NCBI GenBank assembly: GCA_044236265.1
Contig: JBIIGV010000016.1
Location: forward strand, 1 to 33,878
Source: Oligoflexales bacterium
GTDB lineage: Bacteria > Bdellovibrionota_B > Oligoflexia > Oligoflexales > RGVZ01
Length of the DNA: 33,878 bases
Direction of reading: 5' to 3'
The position numbers were made by a program, and so were the translations under genes. Below are positions 8,501 through 16,341 of this stretch, piece by piece. Each line of letters opens with the position of its first letter. Positions within the stretch are counted from its first letter, which is position 1. A model generated the notes under the pieces. The model was not told the DNA's origin, made no database searches, and saw nothing but the letters and a program-made list of their open reading frames with translations.

Positions 8501-9709
8501 ATGCCCAACACAACTGCTGAGACATCACCGCGCAATAAAAGCTGGCTCGTCGCCATTGGAATTGCAGCAACCGGTATCGCCACATCCATTTACTCGATCA
8601 AACACCATCTTGAGTTGCGGATTCACGGGCACACGGAAGCAAGTTGTAATATCAATAGCGCCATAAATTGTGACGCTGTTGCGTCGAGTAAATATAGCGA
8701 GTTCCTTGATATTCCACTTGGTGTGTGGGGACTTGGATATTTCTTGGCCATGATCGTTCTTGCCGCCACAGTGTATCTGCAACACAAATCAAAAAAAGAC
8801 CATGAACCAGCTTGGTTTCTATTATCAGCTATTGGGGTTTTGACGTCCTTAGCACTTGCCGGCATTAGCCTGGGCGTACTGGGCAAAGTGTGTATCGTCT
8901 GTGTCATTATTTACACATTGACGTTGGCGCAGGCAGGCGTGGCTTGGAAAATCTGGAAAGATAGCCAGGGCAAGCTAGCCTTCAATCCAAAGTCCATCGT
9001 TAGCGGTCTGTCGACTGCTGCGGTTGTCTTGGCTTTAGCCGTGGCTGGATTTACCTTTCTTAAACCAGCAAAGCAGTTACCTCCAGAGCTGCAAGACACC
9101 CCAGGCAAAGTCGATGGACCCAAAGTTTTATCCAATCTGTCACCGACAGCCGTCGACATTCCTATCAACAAAAATGCTTATAGTGGCTTTGGCGAGGACT
9201 TCCGCAAGGGCTCTGATGACGCCAAAATTGTCATCGTCGAATTTGCCGACTACATGTGCCCTGCCTGCGGACAGACCGCACCGGTGCTTGAGGACCTGAC
9301 CCGCCAGCTTGGATCACGGGCATTGCTGGTCTTCAAAAACTTTCCTTTGTCCAATCAATGTAACTCCGGCATGCAGCAAGACATGCACCCATACTCGTGT
9401 GATATTGCAAAACTTGCACGCTGCGCCGGCAATAAGGGCAAATTTTGGGACTACCACTTACTAGCCATGTCGGAACAGTCAAGAGCCTCGAAAGAAAAGC
9501 TGAAAGAATGGGGCAAGCAGACAGGACTTAGTGACCAAGAGATGAGTGAATGCCTCGCGAGCAAGGATATCCTCGAAAAGATCAAAGACGATGTCCGCCT
9601 TGCAGACAAAATTGGAGTTAACTCAACACCGACTATTTTTATCAACGGCAGAAAATACTTTGGTGAGCGTACGGCTTCAGCGCTGCGCGCCACTATTGAG
9701 TCCATGTAA
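8501..9709 (+). CDS. Vitamin K epoxide reductase (VKOR) domain fused to DsbA-like thioredoxin
   Basis: SCNINSAINCDAVASS loop cysteines, TM helices with CIVC, then VEFADYMCPAC and GVNSTPTIFING. Confidence 0.93.
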   Translation: MPNTTAETSPRNKSWLVAIGIAATGIATSIYSIKHHLELRIHGHTEASCNINSAINCDAVASSKYSEFLDIPLGVWGLGYFLAMIVLAATVYLQHKSKKDHEPAWFLLSAIGVLTSLALAGISLGVLGKVCIVCVIIYTLTLAQAGVAWKIWKDSQGKLAFNPKSIVSGLSTAAVVLALAVAGFTFLKPAKQLPPELQDTPGKVDGPKVLSNLSPTAVDIPINKNAYSGFGEDFRKGSDDAKIVIVEFADYMCPACGQTAPVLEDLTRQLGSRALLVFKNFPLSNQCNSGMQQDMHPYSCDIAKLARCAGNKGKFWDYHLLAMSEQSRASKEKLKEWGKQTGLSDQEMSECLASKDILEKIKDDVRLADKIGVNSTPTIFINGRKYFGERTASALRATIESM

Positions 9710-9726
9710 CGACCGAGAGATCCGTC

Positions 9727-10500
9727 ATGAAGTTGAAGTTTGAACACGACTATCAACAAAAAATTATGCTTCAGGCGTTTGAAGAGACCTTTCGCCTCGA
9801 GTCTGCGTCTGCCGTACAAACATGGCGATCAACATGGATGCAGGAGCTAAAGTCTTGGCATTCACCCTATAAACTGATTATTGACTGCACCAATCTGATC
9901 TACGTTGACACGCCGGAGGCGCAAGACGCTCTGAAAAGAATGCTCAAGTTTTTCGAAGGGCTATTTTTACGTTCAATTGTTGGTTATGGGCTTGATCCTG
10001 CCAAGGGTCACGACAAACTTCCTTTTAAGATGGTTACCTCCTTTGAGGACGCTCAACGCGAAGCTGGTGTTCGAGGCATGCGTGACCCCAAGGCTCCTGT
10101 CGACTTTCGAGGCAGTATTCAGTTTCAAAATCACTTTGCACAACACGTGATTGAGATGAGCTTTTCTGATGATGTCGTGATCGACACCAAGGAAAAACTA
10201 GATGCCATTAAAAGCAAATTAACGAATAACCTCATGCAGTGGCATAGCAAGTGGAGCTTACTCATCGACTGTTCGCGAGTGACGTTTGATCCCAGCATGA
10301 AAGAATCTTGGGAGAAAATGGAAAAACTATTTAAAGGATTTTTCATGAAGGTATCTATTGGATATAGCCCGGTTGATTCCAATCGCGAAAATTATCCATT
10401 CCCGACCTTCCGCGCCCGGCACGCCGCCGTTGCCAAACTTGAGAATGAGGGCATGTTTATGGGCAACGAGGCTCAATGTCGCTCAAAAACAAGTTCTTGA
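9727..10500 (+). CDS. Hypothetical protein with two tandem STAS/SpoIIAA-like repeats
   Basis: Internal duplication: WHSPYKLIIDC...KFFEGLFLRSIVGY...LPF versus WHSKWSLLIDC...KLFKGFFMKVSIGY...YPF. Confidence 0.75.
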   Translation: MKLKFEHDYQQKIMLQAFEETFRLESASAVQTWRSTWMQELKSWHSPYKLIIDCTNLIYVDTPEAQDALKRMLKFFEGLFLRSIVGYGLDPAKGHDKLPFKMVTSFEDAQREAGVRGMRDPKAPVDFRGSIQFQNHFAQHVIEMSFSDDVVIDTKEKLDAIKSKLTNNLMQWHSKWSLLIDCSRVTFDPSMKESWEKMEKLFKGFFMKVSIGYSPVDSNRENYPFPTFRARHAAVAKLENEGMFMGNEAQCRSKTSS

Positions 10501-10628
10501 CACAGCTTTTCGGCAGCTTTGACTTGCAGTCTCTGCCATTTTCTGGTTATTTTTAGGCCACTCTAGCTTTGTAAGCAGCCAATTAGAAACTAACTTTGCT
10601 TACTGATTTGATCTCAATGAGGTGACGC

Positions 10629-11183
10629 TTGCTTCCAGTAGAAATCTATCCAATTCAAGACGCCATGGTCCTTCGTGCTCGCGGTAGCGAATTATTAATT
10701 CTTGCAGACCATGTCGCCGCATTGAAAAACCTCAAGTCAGCAGGTGAGTTCGCTCGCTACTTCATGGATGAAGCCCTAGTTAATCGCCCAGCACGCAAAT
10801 TGTTTGAGGCATGGCTTCGCAAAGACGGATCTCTATGGGCTCGCATCTACAAGACGGTTCAAACAATTGAATCGACTCCGGGCTCAGGTAAACCTGAAGT
10901 GAAGTCTGCCCCTGTTGCCAAACCTGCCGCTAAGGCTGCTGACGCTCCCAAGGAAAAAGTTGAAGCGAAAGCTCCCAAGAAGGACGAAAAAGAGACGAAA
11001 AAGGCTGCGCCTAAAAAGGCCGAACCTAAAAAAGCTGAGACTAAGGCCACGGCGAAACCTGCTAAGGGAGACGAGAAAAAAGCTGCTCCGAAATCTGCTG
11101 CAAAACCAGCAGCCAAGACAGCCGCTAAGCCAGCTGCCAAATCTGCTGATAAGGCTCCAGCCAAGAAGACTTCCAAGAAATAA
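10629..11183 (+). CDS. Protein with an ~80-aa globular N-domain and a histone-H1-like Ala/Lys/Pro tail
   Basis: TTG start after GAGGTG; KPAAK/KAAPK repeats; followed by a terminator-like hairpin. Confidence 0.85.
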   Translation: MLPVEIYPIQDAMVLRARGSELLILADHVAALKNLKSAGEFARYFMDEALVNRPARKLFEAWLRKDGSLWARIYKTVQTIESTPGSGKPEVKSAPVAKPAAKAADAPKEKVEAKAPKKDEKETKKAAPKKAEPKKAETKATAKPAKGDEKKAAPKSAAKPAAKTAAKPAAKSADKAPAKKTSKK

Positions 11184-11193
11184 CTATTTGCAC

Positions 11194-11223
11194 GGGCTCC
11201 TTGCATCCTGATAGGGGCTTTTT
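11194..11223 (+). terminator. Probable intrinsic terminator
   Basis: GGGCTCCT/AGGGGCTT stem running into a T-tract, 10 nt after the stop. Confidence 0.55.
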
Positions 11224-11234
11224 GGATCTTTTTT

Positions 11235-11513
11235 GTGATCAAAAAATACCTAATTATTGGCAAACAGATCACGTTGAGCTCAACAAAGTTTGAGCTCCCG
11301 CGTGAAGGCGACGCCCCGGGGCCCATCGAGGTCAAAGCACCGATCGAAGTTTTTTGGCAAGCTCAGGAAATTTTGAAAGAGGTTGAGATTCTGACTAGCG
11401 CTGGCGAAGGCCCCCAGATGATCAAAGACGCCCAAACCAAACTTCTTAAACTTCTTGCACCCCACTGCACGGCTGAGAAAGACCGTACTTGGGTCTACCA
11501 ACAAGTTCAGTAA
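11235..11513 (+). CDS. Hypothetical protein
   Basis: 92-aa ORF filling the gap and ending 5 nt before the gmhB ATG; protein-like composition. Confidence 0.6.
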   Translation: MIKKYLIIGKQITLSSTKFELPREGDAPGPIEVKAPIEVFWQAQEILKEVEILTSAGEGPQMIKDAQTKLLKLLAPHCTAEKDRTWVYQQVQ

Positions 11514-11518
11514 CCGTG

Positions 11519-12082
11519 ATGAGTAAAAATTCAAGCAGAGCCGTGTTTCTGGATCGTGACGGCGTTTTGAACGTCGACCTTGGCTATACCTATAAACCAT
11601 CAGATCTCAAGCTGGTCCCTGGAATGATTGACGGACTAAAACTTTTGGCTGCCGCAGGGTTTAAGCTTGTGGTGATCACGAACCAATCCGGAATTGCACG
11701 TGGCATGTTCACGTTAGAACACGTACATGCCTTCAACGCTAAACTGATTCAAGAAATAAGGTCTCACATCCCAGGATTTTCATTCGATGCGATTATGATT
11801 TGCCCGCATCACCCGAAGGGAAGCGTTGAACCATTTGCCATTGAATGTGATTGCCGCAAGCCAGGCATTAAACTTTTGACCGATGCCGCAGCTCAACTCA
11901 ATCTAGACTTGGAAGCAAGCTGGCTCGTCGGCGATAAAGACTCTGACGTCGACTGTGCTCTTAATGCCAATATGAAAGGCATTCAAGTGACTCACGGCGG
12001 CAAACAATACACACAAAGCAAACGGGCTTTTGCGCTCGTACCCACTCTAAAAGAAGCCGCCGAAATTATTTTGAAGCATTGA
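11519..12082 (+). CDS. gmhB: D-glycero-D-manno-heptose 1,7-bisphosphate phosphatase (HAD IIIA)
   Basis: AVFLDRDGVLNVD, ITNQSGIARG, CPHHP...CDCRKPG, VGDKDSD. Start set at ATG 11519. Confidence 0.92.
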   Translation: MSKNSSRAVFLDRDGVLNVDLGYTYKPSDLKLVPGMIDGLKLLAAAGFKLVVITNQSGIARGMFTLEHVHAFNAKLIQEIRSHIPGFSFDAIMICPHHPKGSVEPFAIECDCRKPGIKLLTDAAAQLNLDLEASWLVGDKDSDVDCALNANMKGIQVTHGGKQYTQSKRAFALVPTLKEAAEIILKH

Positions 12083-12296
12083 TTTTATCGAGTAATGCTT
12101 TGATGCGCGGACCACAACGCTGTCCCTGACAACCACCAGTACCAGTGCCGACCTTCTTATTGACGTCCTGAACGGTTTTACAGCCCTCAATCCCAGCAAG
12201 CACGCGTCCGAGATTGATACCCTTACAAATACAAACGACCTTGGCCATCTGCTTGGCTCGTTCTTCAGCTAGTTCTTTATCAGTCAGTGCACTCAT
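12066..12296 (-). CDS. BFD-like [2Fe-2S]-binding protein
   Basis: VCICKGI...GTGTGGCQGQRCG; overlaps the gmhB 3' end convergently by 17 nt. Confidence 0.85.
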   Translation of the reverse strand: MSALTDKELAEERAKQMAKVVCICKGINLGRVLAGIEGCKTVQDVNKKVGTGTGGCQGQRCGPRIKALLDKINASK

Positions 12297-12317
12297 ATTT
12301 CCGTCTAACAGTCTCTC

Positions 12318-13019
12318 TTACATATACAAACCGTTAAGTTTCGACACCCAAGATGGATTCAACCAAGCAAACACGTAAACCGTTGCGTTACAACAAGAAT
12401 GAAACAACGCCGCCGGCCAAACTCTCCGCCAACGTCTCACTATGATGTCACAACAGATGGCCAAAATAAAAGGGCCAATTGGAAGTCCAATTTTAAGACC
12501 AAGAACTCTGTCCCATGTCGGATGCGTGTGGGCAACACTAAAAACCATAGCCGAATACCAAGGCCCCCAACGATCACCGGCAAATCTCGAAAGAAACGGC
12601 GTGAGCCCCATTCGAAACACCATTTCCTCTGCTAACGGGATCAGTGTTAACGACGCCAGGATATAAATTGCCTCTGATGAACCGGTAAGGGAGTAGGCTG
12701 GAGCCTGCATTGGCTGTCGACCCCACAGCGACAATACATAAGCGCCTAACAAAATAAGTGGCCCAGGAAGCCATGCTACCAAAGGGGTTCCGCGCAAAAG
12801 AAATCCCACACGAGCTGGCTTTCGAATCAGATACACTAAAATACCGATGGCGATGTGCGCCAGTAAGCCAGCCTGCCAGGGTTTAACATGTAATCCTTGG
12901 ACCATGTATGAATAGAACTCGCCTAGCCCCACCGCAAAGGCCAGAGCCAACAAGACTGACACAAAGAGAGTTGAAAGACCCGCCTGCGCGTCTAACATGT
13001 CACGCACCGATGCTGACAT
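12318..13019 (-). CDS. CPBP (type II CAAX/Abi) intramembrane metalloprotease
   Basis: EEMVFR, FSVAH and HSCCN motifs in a polytopic membrane protein. Confidence 0.9.
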   Translation of the reverse strand: MSASVRDMLDAQAGLSTLFVSVLLALAFAVGLGEFYSYMVQGLHVKPWQAGLLAHIAIGILVYLIRKPARVGFLLRGTPLVAWLPGPLILLGAYVLSLWGRQPMQAPAYSLTGSSEAIYILASLTLIPLAEEMVFRMGLTPFLSRFAGDRWGPWYSAMVFSVAHTHPTWDRVLGLKIGLPIGPFILAICCDIIVRRWRRVWPAALFHSCCNATVYVFAWLNPSWVSKLNGLYM

Positions 13020-13992
13020 TGGATTTCCACCCGAGAGTTTCGTTTAGGACATTAATGAGGTTTTTGATGTCATTTTTGACTACATACCTGTTTGCACCCA
13101 TCGACGAGCCGGTCGTCTTTGTTGACTGTCCCGACAATGACGAATGGATTATTACCGGCAAATTCGCAAGCGCATCAATCTGACGAATATTCTTTATTAA
13201 TGTAAAACCGTCCATTTTCGGCATCTCAAGATCCGTCACAATGGCAGCCAAATTATTCATAATATTTTTATTCATAGCGTAAACTTTCAGAGCATCATAC
13301 GCTTCTTGCCCATTACTTGCAGTCACCACATTGTAGCCGTGGCGTTGCAGACTGACCATAGTGTTTTTAAGAATGATAGGCGAGTCATCAACTAGCAGAA
13401 TAAGTGGTGCGCCGGACCGATTCGTCGCTTGAGAATCTGCTGACTTAGATGTGACTATTGAATCCGCCTGAAAATTAAGCCTGTCGGAGCGTCGCGTGCG
13501 CTTGTTTGACATGGACTCCAAATCCGAAATCATGGTTTCAAAGTCCAAGATGAACAAAAATTCGTTATTTTCCACCAATGTCATGGAGGAGATGTAGCTT
13601 CCACCGTCCGCAGCAGGTGGAAGAACGTCAGACCATCTCACTCGTCGAATTCTGTGAGCTGAGTCAACGACAAAACCAGCTCGCTTAACACCAAACTCTG
13701 CCACTAGTACTTTTTGATGCTCCGAGATACTTGCCTGCTCATCGCCAAAAAACTTCGCCAAATGGACGACTGGTATTGGCACACCCCGTAGTTCGAAAAC
13801 ACCAGCCAAGCCATCAATTCGACTTGTCAGCGGATTAATCTTCGGCATCCGAACGACTTCGCGCACCTTTGCGACATTGATTCCGTAACGACCAGATATA
13901 AGTTGGCCATTAACATTTCGATCCAATCTAAATTCGATCAGTTCAAAAATGCTTTCCCTGGCGTTCTCAAGTTGCTGAGACCCATGGGTCAT
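13000..13992 (-). CDS. cheV: Chemotaxis protein CheV (CheW + receiver)
   Basis: YGINVAKVREV...ELRGVPIPVV...GFVVDSAHRI, then LLVDDS...VTDLEMPKMDG...HSSL...YVVK. ATG 13992 forms an ATGA overlap with the upstream stop. Confidence 0.93.
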   Translation of the reverse strand: MTHGSQQLENARESIFELIEFRLDRNVNGQLISGRYGINVAKVREVVRMPKINPLTSRIDGLAGVFELRGVPIPVVHLAKFFGDEQASISEHQKVLVAEFGVKRAGFVVDSAHRIRRVRWSDVLPPAADGGSYISSMTLVENNEFLFILDFETMISDLESMSNKRTRRSDRLNFQADSIVTSKSADSQATNRSGAPLILLVDDSPIILKNTMVSLQRHGYNVVTASNGQEAYDALKVYAMNKNIMNNLAAIVTDLEMPKMDGFTLIKNIRQIDALANLPVIIHSSLSGQSTKTTGSSMGANRYVVKNDIKNLINVLNETLGWKSNVSIGA

Positions 13993-14960
13993 GCACACAG
14001 ACCTTTCAGGAAGCTCTCAATTTGACGGCGCTGAGCGTCCGGAACTTTTGCAAATTGTAAACCAATTTTCTTACCGGCGTCCGCTGTCCATGCAACTGTG
14101 GCTCTGATCTTATACTCTTCTATTTTCTGATTGCTCACTGACTGAGATAACTGGACGCTGGTGGCAAGTTTCTCAGCGGCATCGTCGGCTTCTTTGCGTT
14201 GTTGAGCCTCGAGCTTAGCCTTTGCTGCTGGAGTCATCTTTCCTTTTGCTGGCGCTTTTGTAGCAGCACTTTTTGCTGACACTTTAAGCGCCTTCGCTGC
14301 AGCTGCAGCAGCAGCTTTTTGCTCAGCCAATAGTGGCTTAAGTACAGATATTGGTGAGGATCCTTCAATAACACCAGAGGGAACCCCCATAGTCACCACA
14401 AACTCCTCGTCGCGTTTCAGTTTGGCAGGATGATTGAAGGCCACACAAAGACCACCCATACTGATATTCAGAGCTCGACCATTGAATTTCGGTGCACGTT
14501 TTCCTCTGCCTTCACCCTTTCCAACAAGGTGCGCCATAAAATCAACATCAAAGCGTTTACCGAGACGGTGGCGATTGACCACAAACTGCTCGATACGCTT
14601 CTCCAAAACCTCAAAACGAACAGGCTTCGGAATCCAACAACACGCATCATGGTAGTGAAACAATTCTTCTTGGACAGCTTGATCCACGATTTTGTCAGGA
14701 TGGGCTGTCATAAAAATCGGACCACGGTAGAACTTTCTCAGCTCCTTGATAAGAGTGACACCATCAGCATCGGGCAGATTGAAATCAACAACCAAAGCAT
14801 CAGGCAAACCTTTGCCCTCCTTTGCCATAAGGTAAGCCACTCCGTCTTTAGCAGTGAGAGAGAAACTCACCGTAGATCCCGGAATTTTATCTTTAAAGAC
14901 CTCGCTGGTCATAACAAGGCTAGGCTTTGATGAGTCAATTATATGTACAGAAATCGCCAT
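13989..14960 (-). CDS. Response regulator receiver plus PilZ domain protein
   Basis: VVDFNLPDADG...MTAH...IPKPV receiver; PilZ motifs RLGKR and NISMGG; C-terminal ATVAW...IGLQF. Confidence 0.88.
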   Translation of the reverse strand: MAISVHIIDSSKPSLVMTSEVFKDKIPGSTVSFSLTAKDGVAYLMAKEGKGLPDALVVDFNLPDADGVTLIKELRKFYRGPIFMTAHPDKIVDQAVQEELFHYHDACCWIPKPVRFEVLEKRIEQFVVNRHRLGKRFDVDFMAHLVGKGEGRGKRAPKFNGRALNISMGGLCVAFNHPAKLKRDEEFVVTMGVPSGVIEGSSPISVLKPLLAEQKAAAAAAAKALKVSAKSAATKAPAKGKMTPAAKAKLEAQQRKEADDAAEKLATSVQLSQSVSNQKIEEYKIRATVAWTADAGKKIGLQFAKVPDAQRRQIESFLKGLCA

Positions 14961-15103
14961 GAAACGGTTCTCCTCTGGTTTTTTGCACCTTGTTAGACGT
15001 CCCCAAGGAAAGACAAACGGGTACTAGACTAATTATAGCAGCCACCATAGGGCATCCAGGAATCGGCAACTTTTACCCACCGCACTTAGAAGCCGTGCCA
15101 TCC

Positions 15104-15130
15104 TAAAGTTTCATAAAATTCAGCCGATTC
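15104..15130 (+). promoter_or_regulatory. Sigma28 (FliA)-type promoter
   Basis: TAAAGTTT-N11-GCCGATTC against extended consensus TAAAGTTT-N11-GCCGATAA, ending 31 nt before ATG 15162. Confidence 0.75.
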
Positions 15131-15161
15131 AGACAACGTACAACGTTAAAATGGCAGGAGA

Positions 15162-16307
15162 ATGATGCGTAGCATCACGGTTAAACAACTAAATCTCATG
15201 GGACTGATGCCTCTATTTGGCTTGCTGTCAATTTCACTGCTTTCCTCGACTGCAGCAGAAGCTGCCGTTAGACCGGAAAAGACTCAACGTCCTAAATTTA
15301 GCTATGATTTAAGTGAATTTCATTCTTCACTTAATCTTCCATTATCCGTCAAAGATCACGTGCTTAAAATTCCTGAGCGCCAAATTGATCTCCGACTTCG
15401 CAAGTCATCCTCAGATTCACGCATTGAACCACTGCAATTTACTGTGGACCTGCAAGAAGACAAACTCATGGATCTGGCATCTCGCGTTGCAAAACCAAAT
15501 CACAAGCTAGCGATTGCAAATTATCTGAAAAACAACTTTGACCAGGGCGAAGAAATCCCTGGAACAAAGTTACGGCTTGTCTCTGTGTCAAAAGAGGCTT
15601 TTGATTTACTCGAACCCGGGGCTGTAGATCAACTGTTCAGCAAAATTCATCATGACGTCACCGTTAACTCTTGGACGCTGCGTCAAAATCGCAAAGATCG
15701 CGCCAAGTTTTTAAGTCAAGTTTCGCCATTTTTATCCAATCAAGACCTCCGTCGCATCGAAGCCAAGATTGACGAAGGACTAGCCCTCAGCATGGACAAG
15801 GACCTTCTCCCCAACTTTGCGCGCAAGCGCATCGCCTCCCACACAATTTACAGGGGACCTAATTGCTTCCATGCAGCCCTTGGTTTTCAGAGTTCGCGAC
15901 TCGCTTCAAGCAGTCTGGTAAATGTTCGCCGAGAGGCGGGCTATCATCAGGATATGCTTAACTACGATGAGCTTTGGCGAATTCTGAATCTGTCTTTCTA
16001 TGAAATCGATCCTCGGAAGAGCGAACTCCAATATGGCGATATGATTGTGTTCTTTGAAGCAAAAGACGCTGCCAAGCCTGGAATCGACTACAAAACCCTG
16101 CGCCACGCAGCCACTTACCTGCTGGGTGGCTATGTGTTCGCCAAGGGATCGAAGAGTGCAAATAGTCCTTATCTTGTTCGCACGTTGGGTGAGGAATGGA
16201 AGACCTGGAGCAAATACACTCAAAAACTTGGTGTAAAAGTCTTCCGTCGCAACCTTAAAAGTGTTACTAACCCCCTGCCAGAGGACCCTTCTGACTGGGT
16301 TTACTGA
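15162..16307 (+). CDS. Secreted protein with a C-terminal papain/NlpC-P60-like Cys-His domain
   Basis: SD AGGAG, signal peptide ending AAEA, GPNCFHAAL...LQYGDMIVFF...RHAATYLLGGYVFAKGS. Confidence 0.7.
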   Translation: MMRSITVKQLNLMGLMPLFGLLSISLLSSTAAEAAVRPEKTQRPKFSYDLSEFHSSLNLPLSVKDHVLKIPERQIDLRLRKSSSDSRIEPLQFTVDLQEDKLMDLASRVAKPNHKLAIANYLKNNFDQGEEIPGTKLRLVSVSKEAFDLLEPGAVDQLFSKIHHDVTVNSWTLRQNRKDRAKFLSQVSPFLSNQDLRRIEAKIDEGLALSMDKDLLPNFARKRIASHTIYRGPNCFHAALGFQSSRLASSSLVNVRREAGYHQDMLNYDELWRILNLSFYEIDPRKSELQYGDMIVFFEAKDAAKPGIDYKTLRHAATYLLGGYVFAKGSKSANSPYLVRTLGEEWKTWSKYTQKLGVKVFRRNLKSVTNPLPEDPSDWVY

Positions 16308-16341
16308 CTTCTTTGACATTGCACATAGGTAGGCCACCGCC

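Noticed and set aside
10859..11335. 158-aa hydrophobic antisense ORF
   Set aside because: It is the mirror of the Ala/Lys/Pro codon repeats of the H1-like gene.
14430..14930. 166-aa antisense ORF and the other short nested ORFs in the track
   Set aside because: They lie within or opposite well-supported genes and show no motifs of their own.
15085..15100. TGGCACG on the minus strand as a sigma54 -24 box
   Set aside because: The -12 position reads CTAA rather than TTGC.
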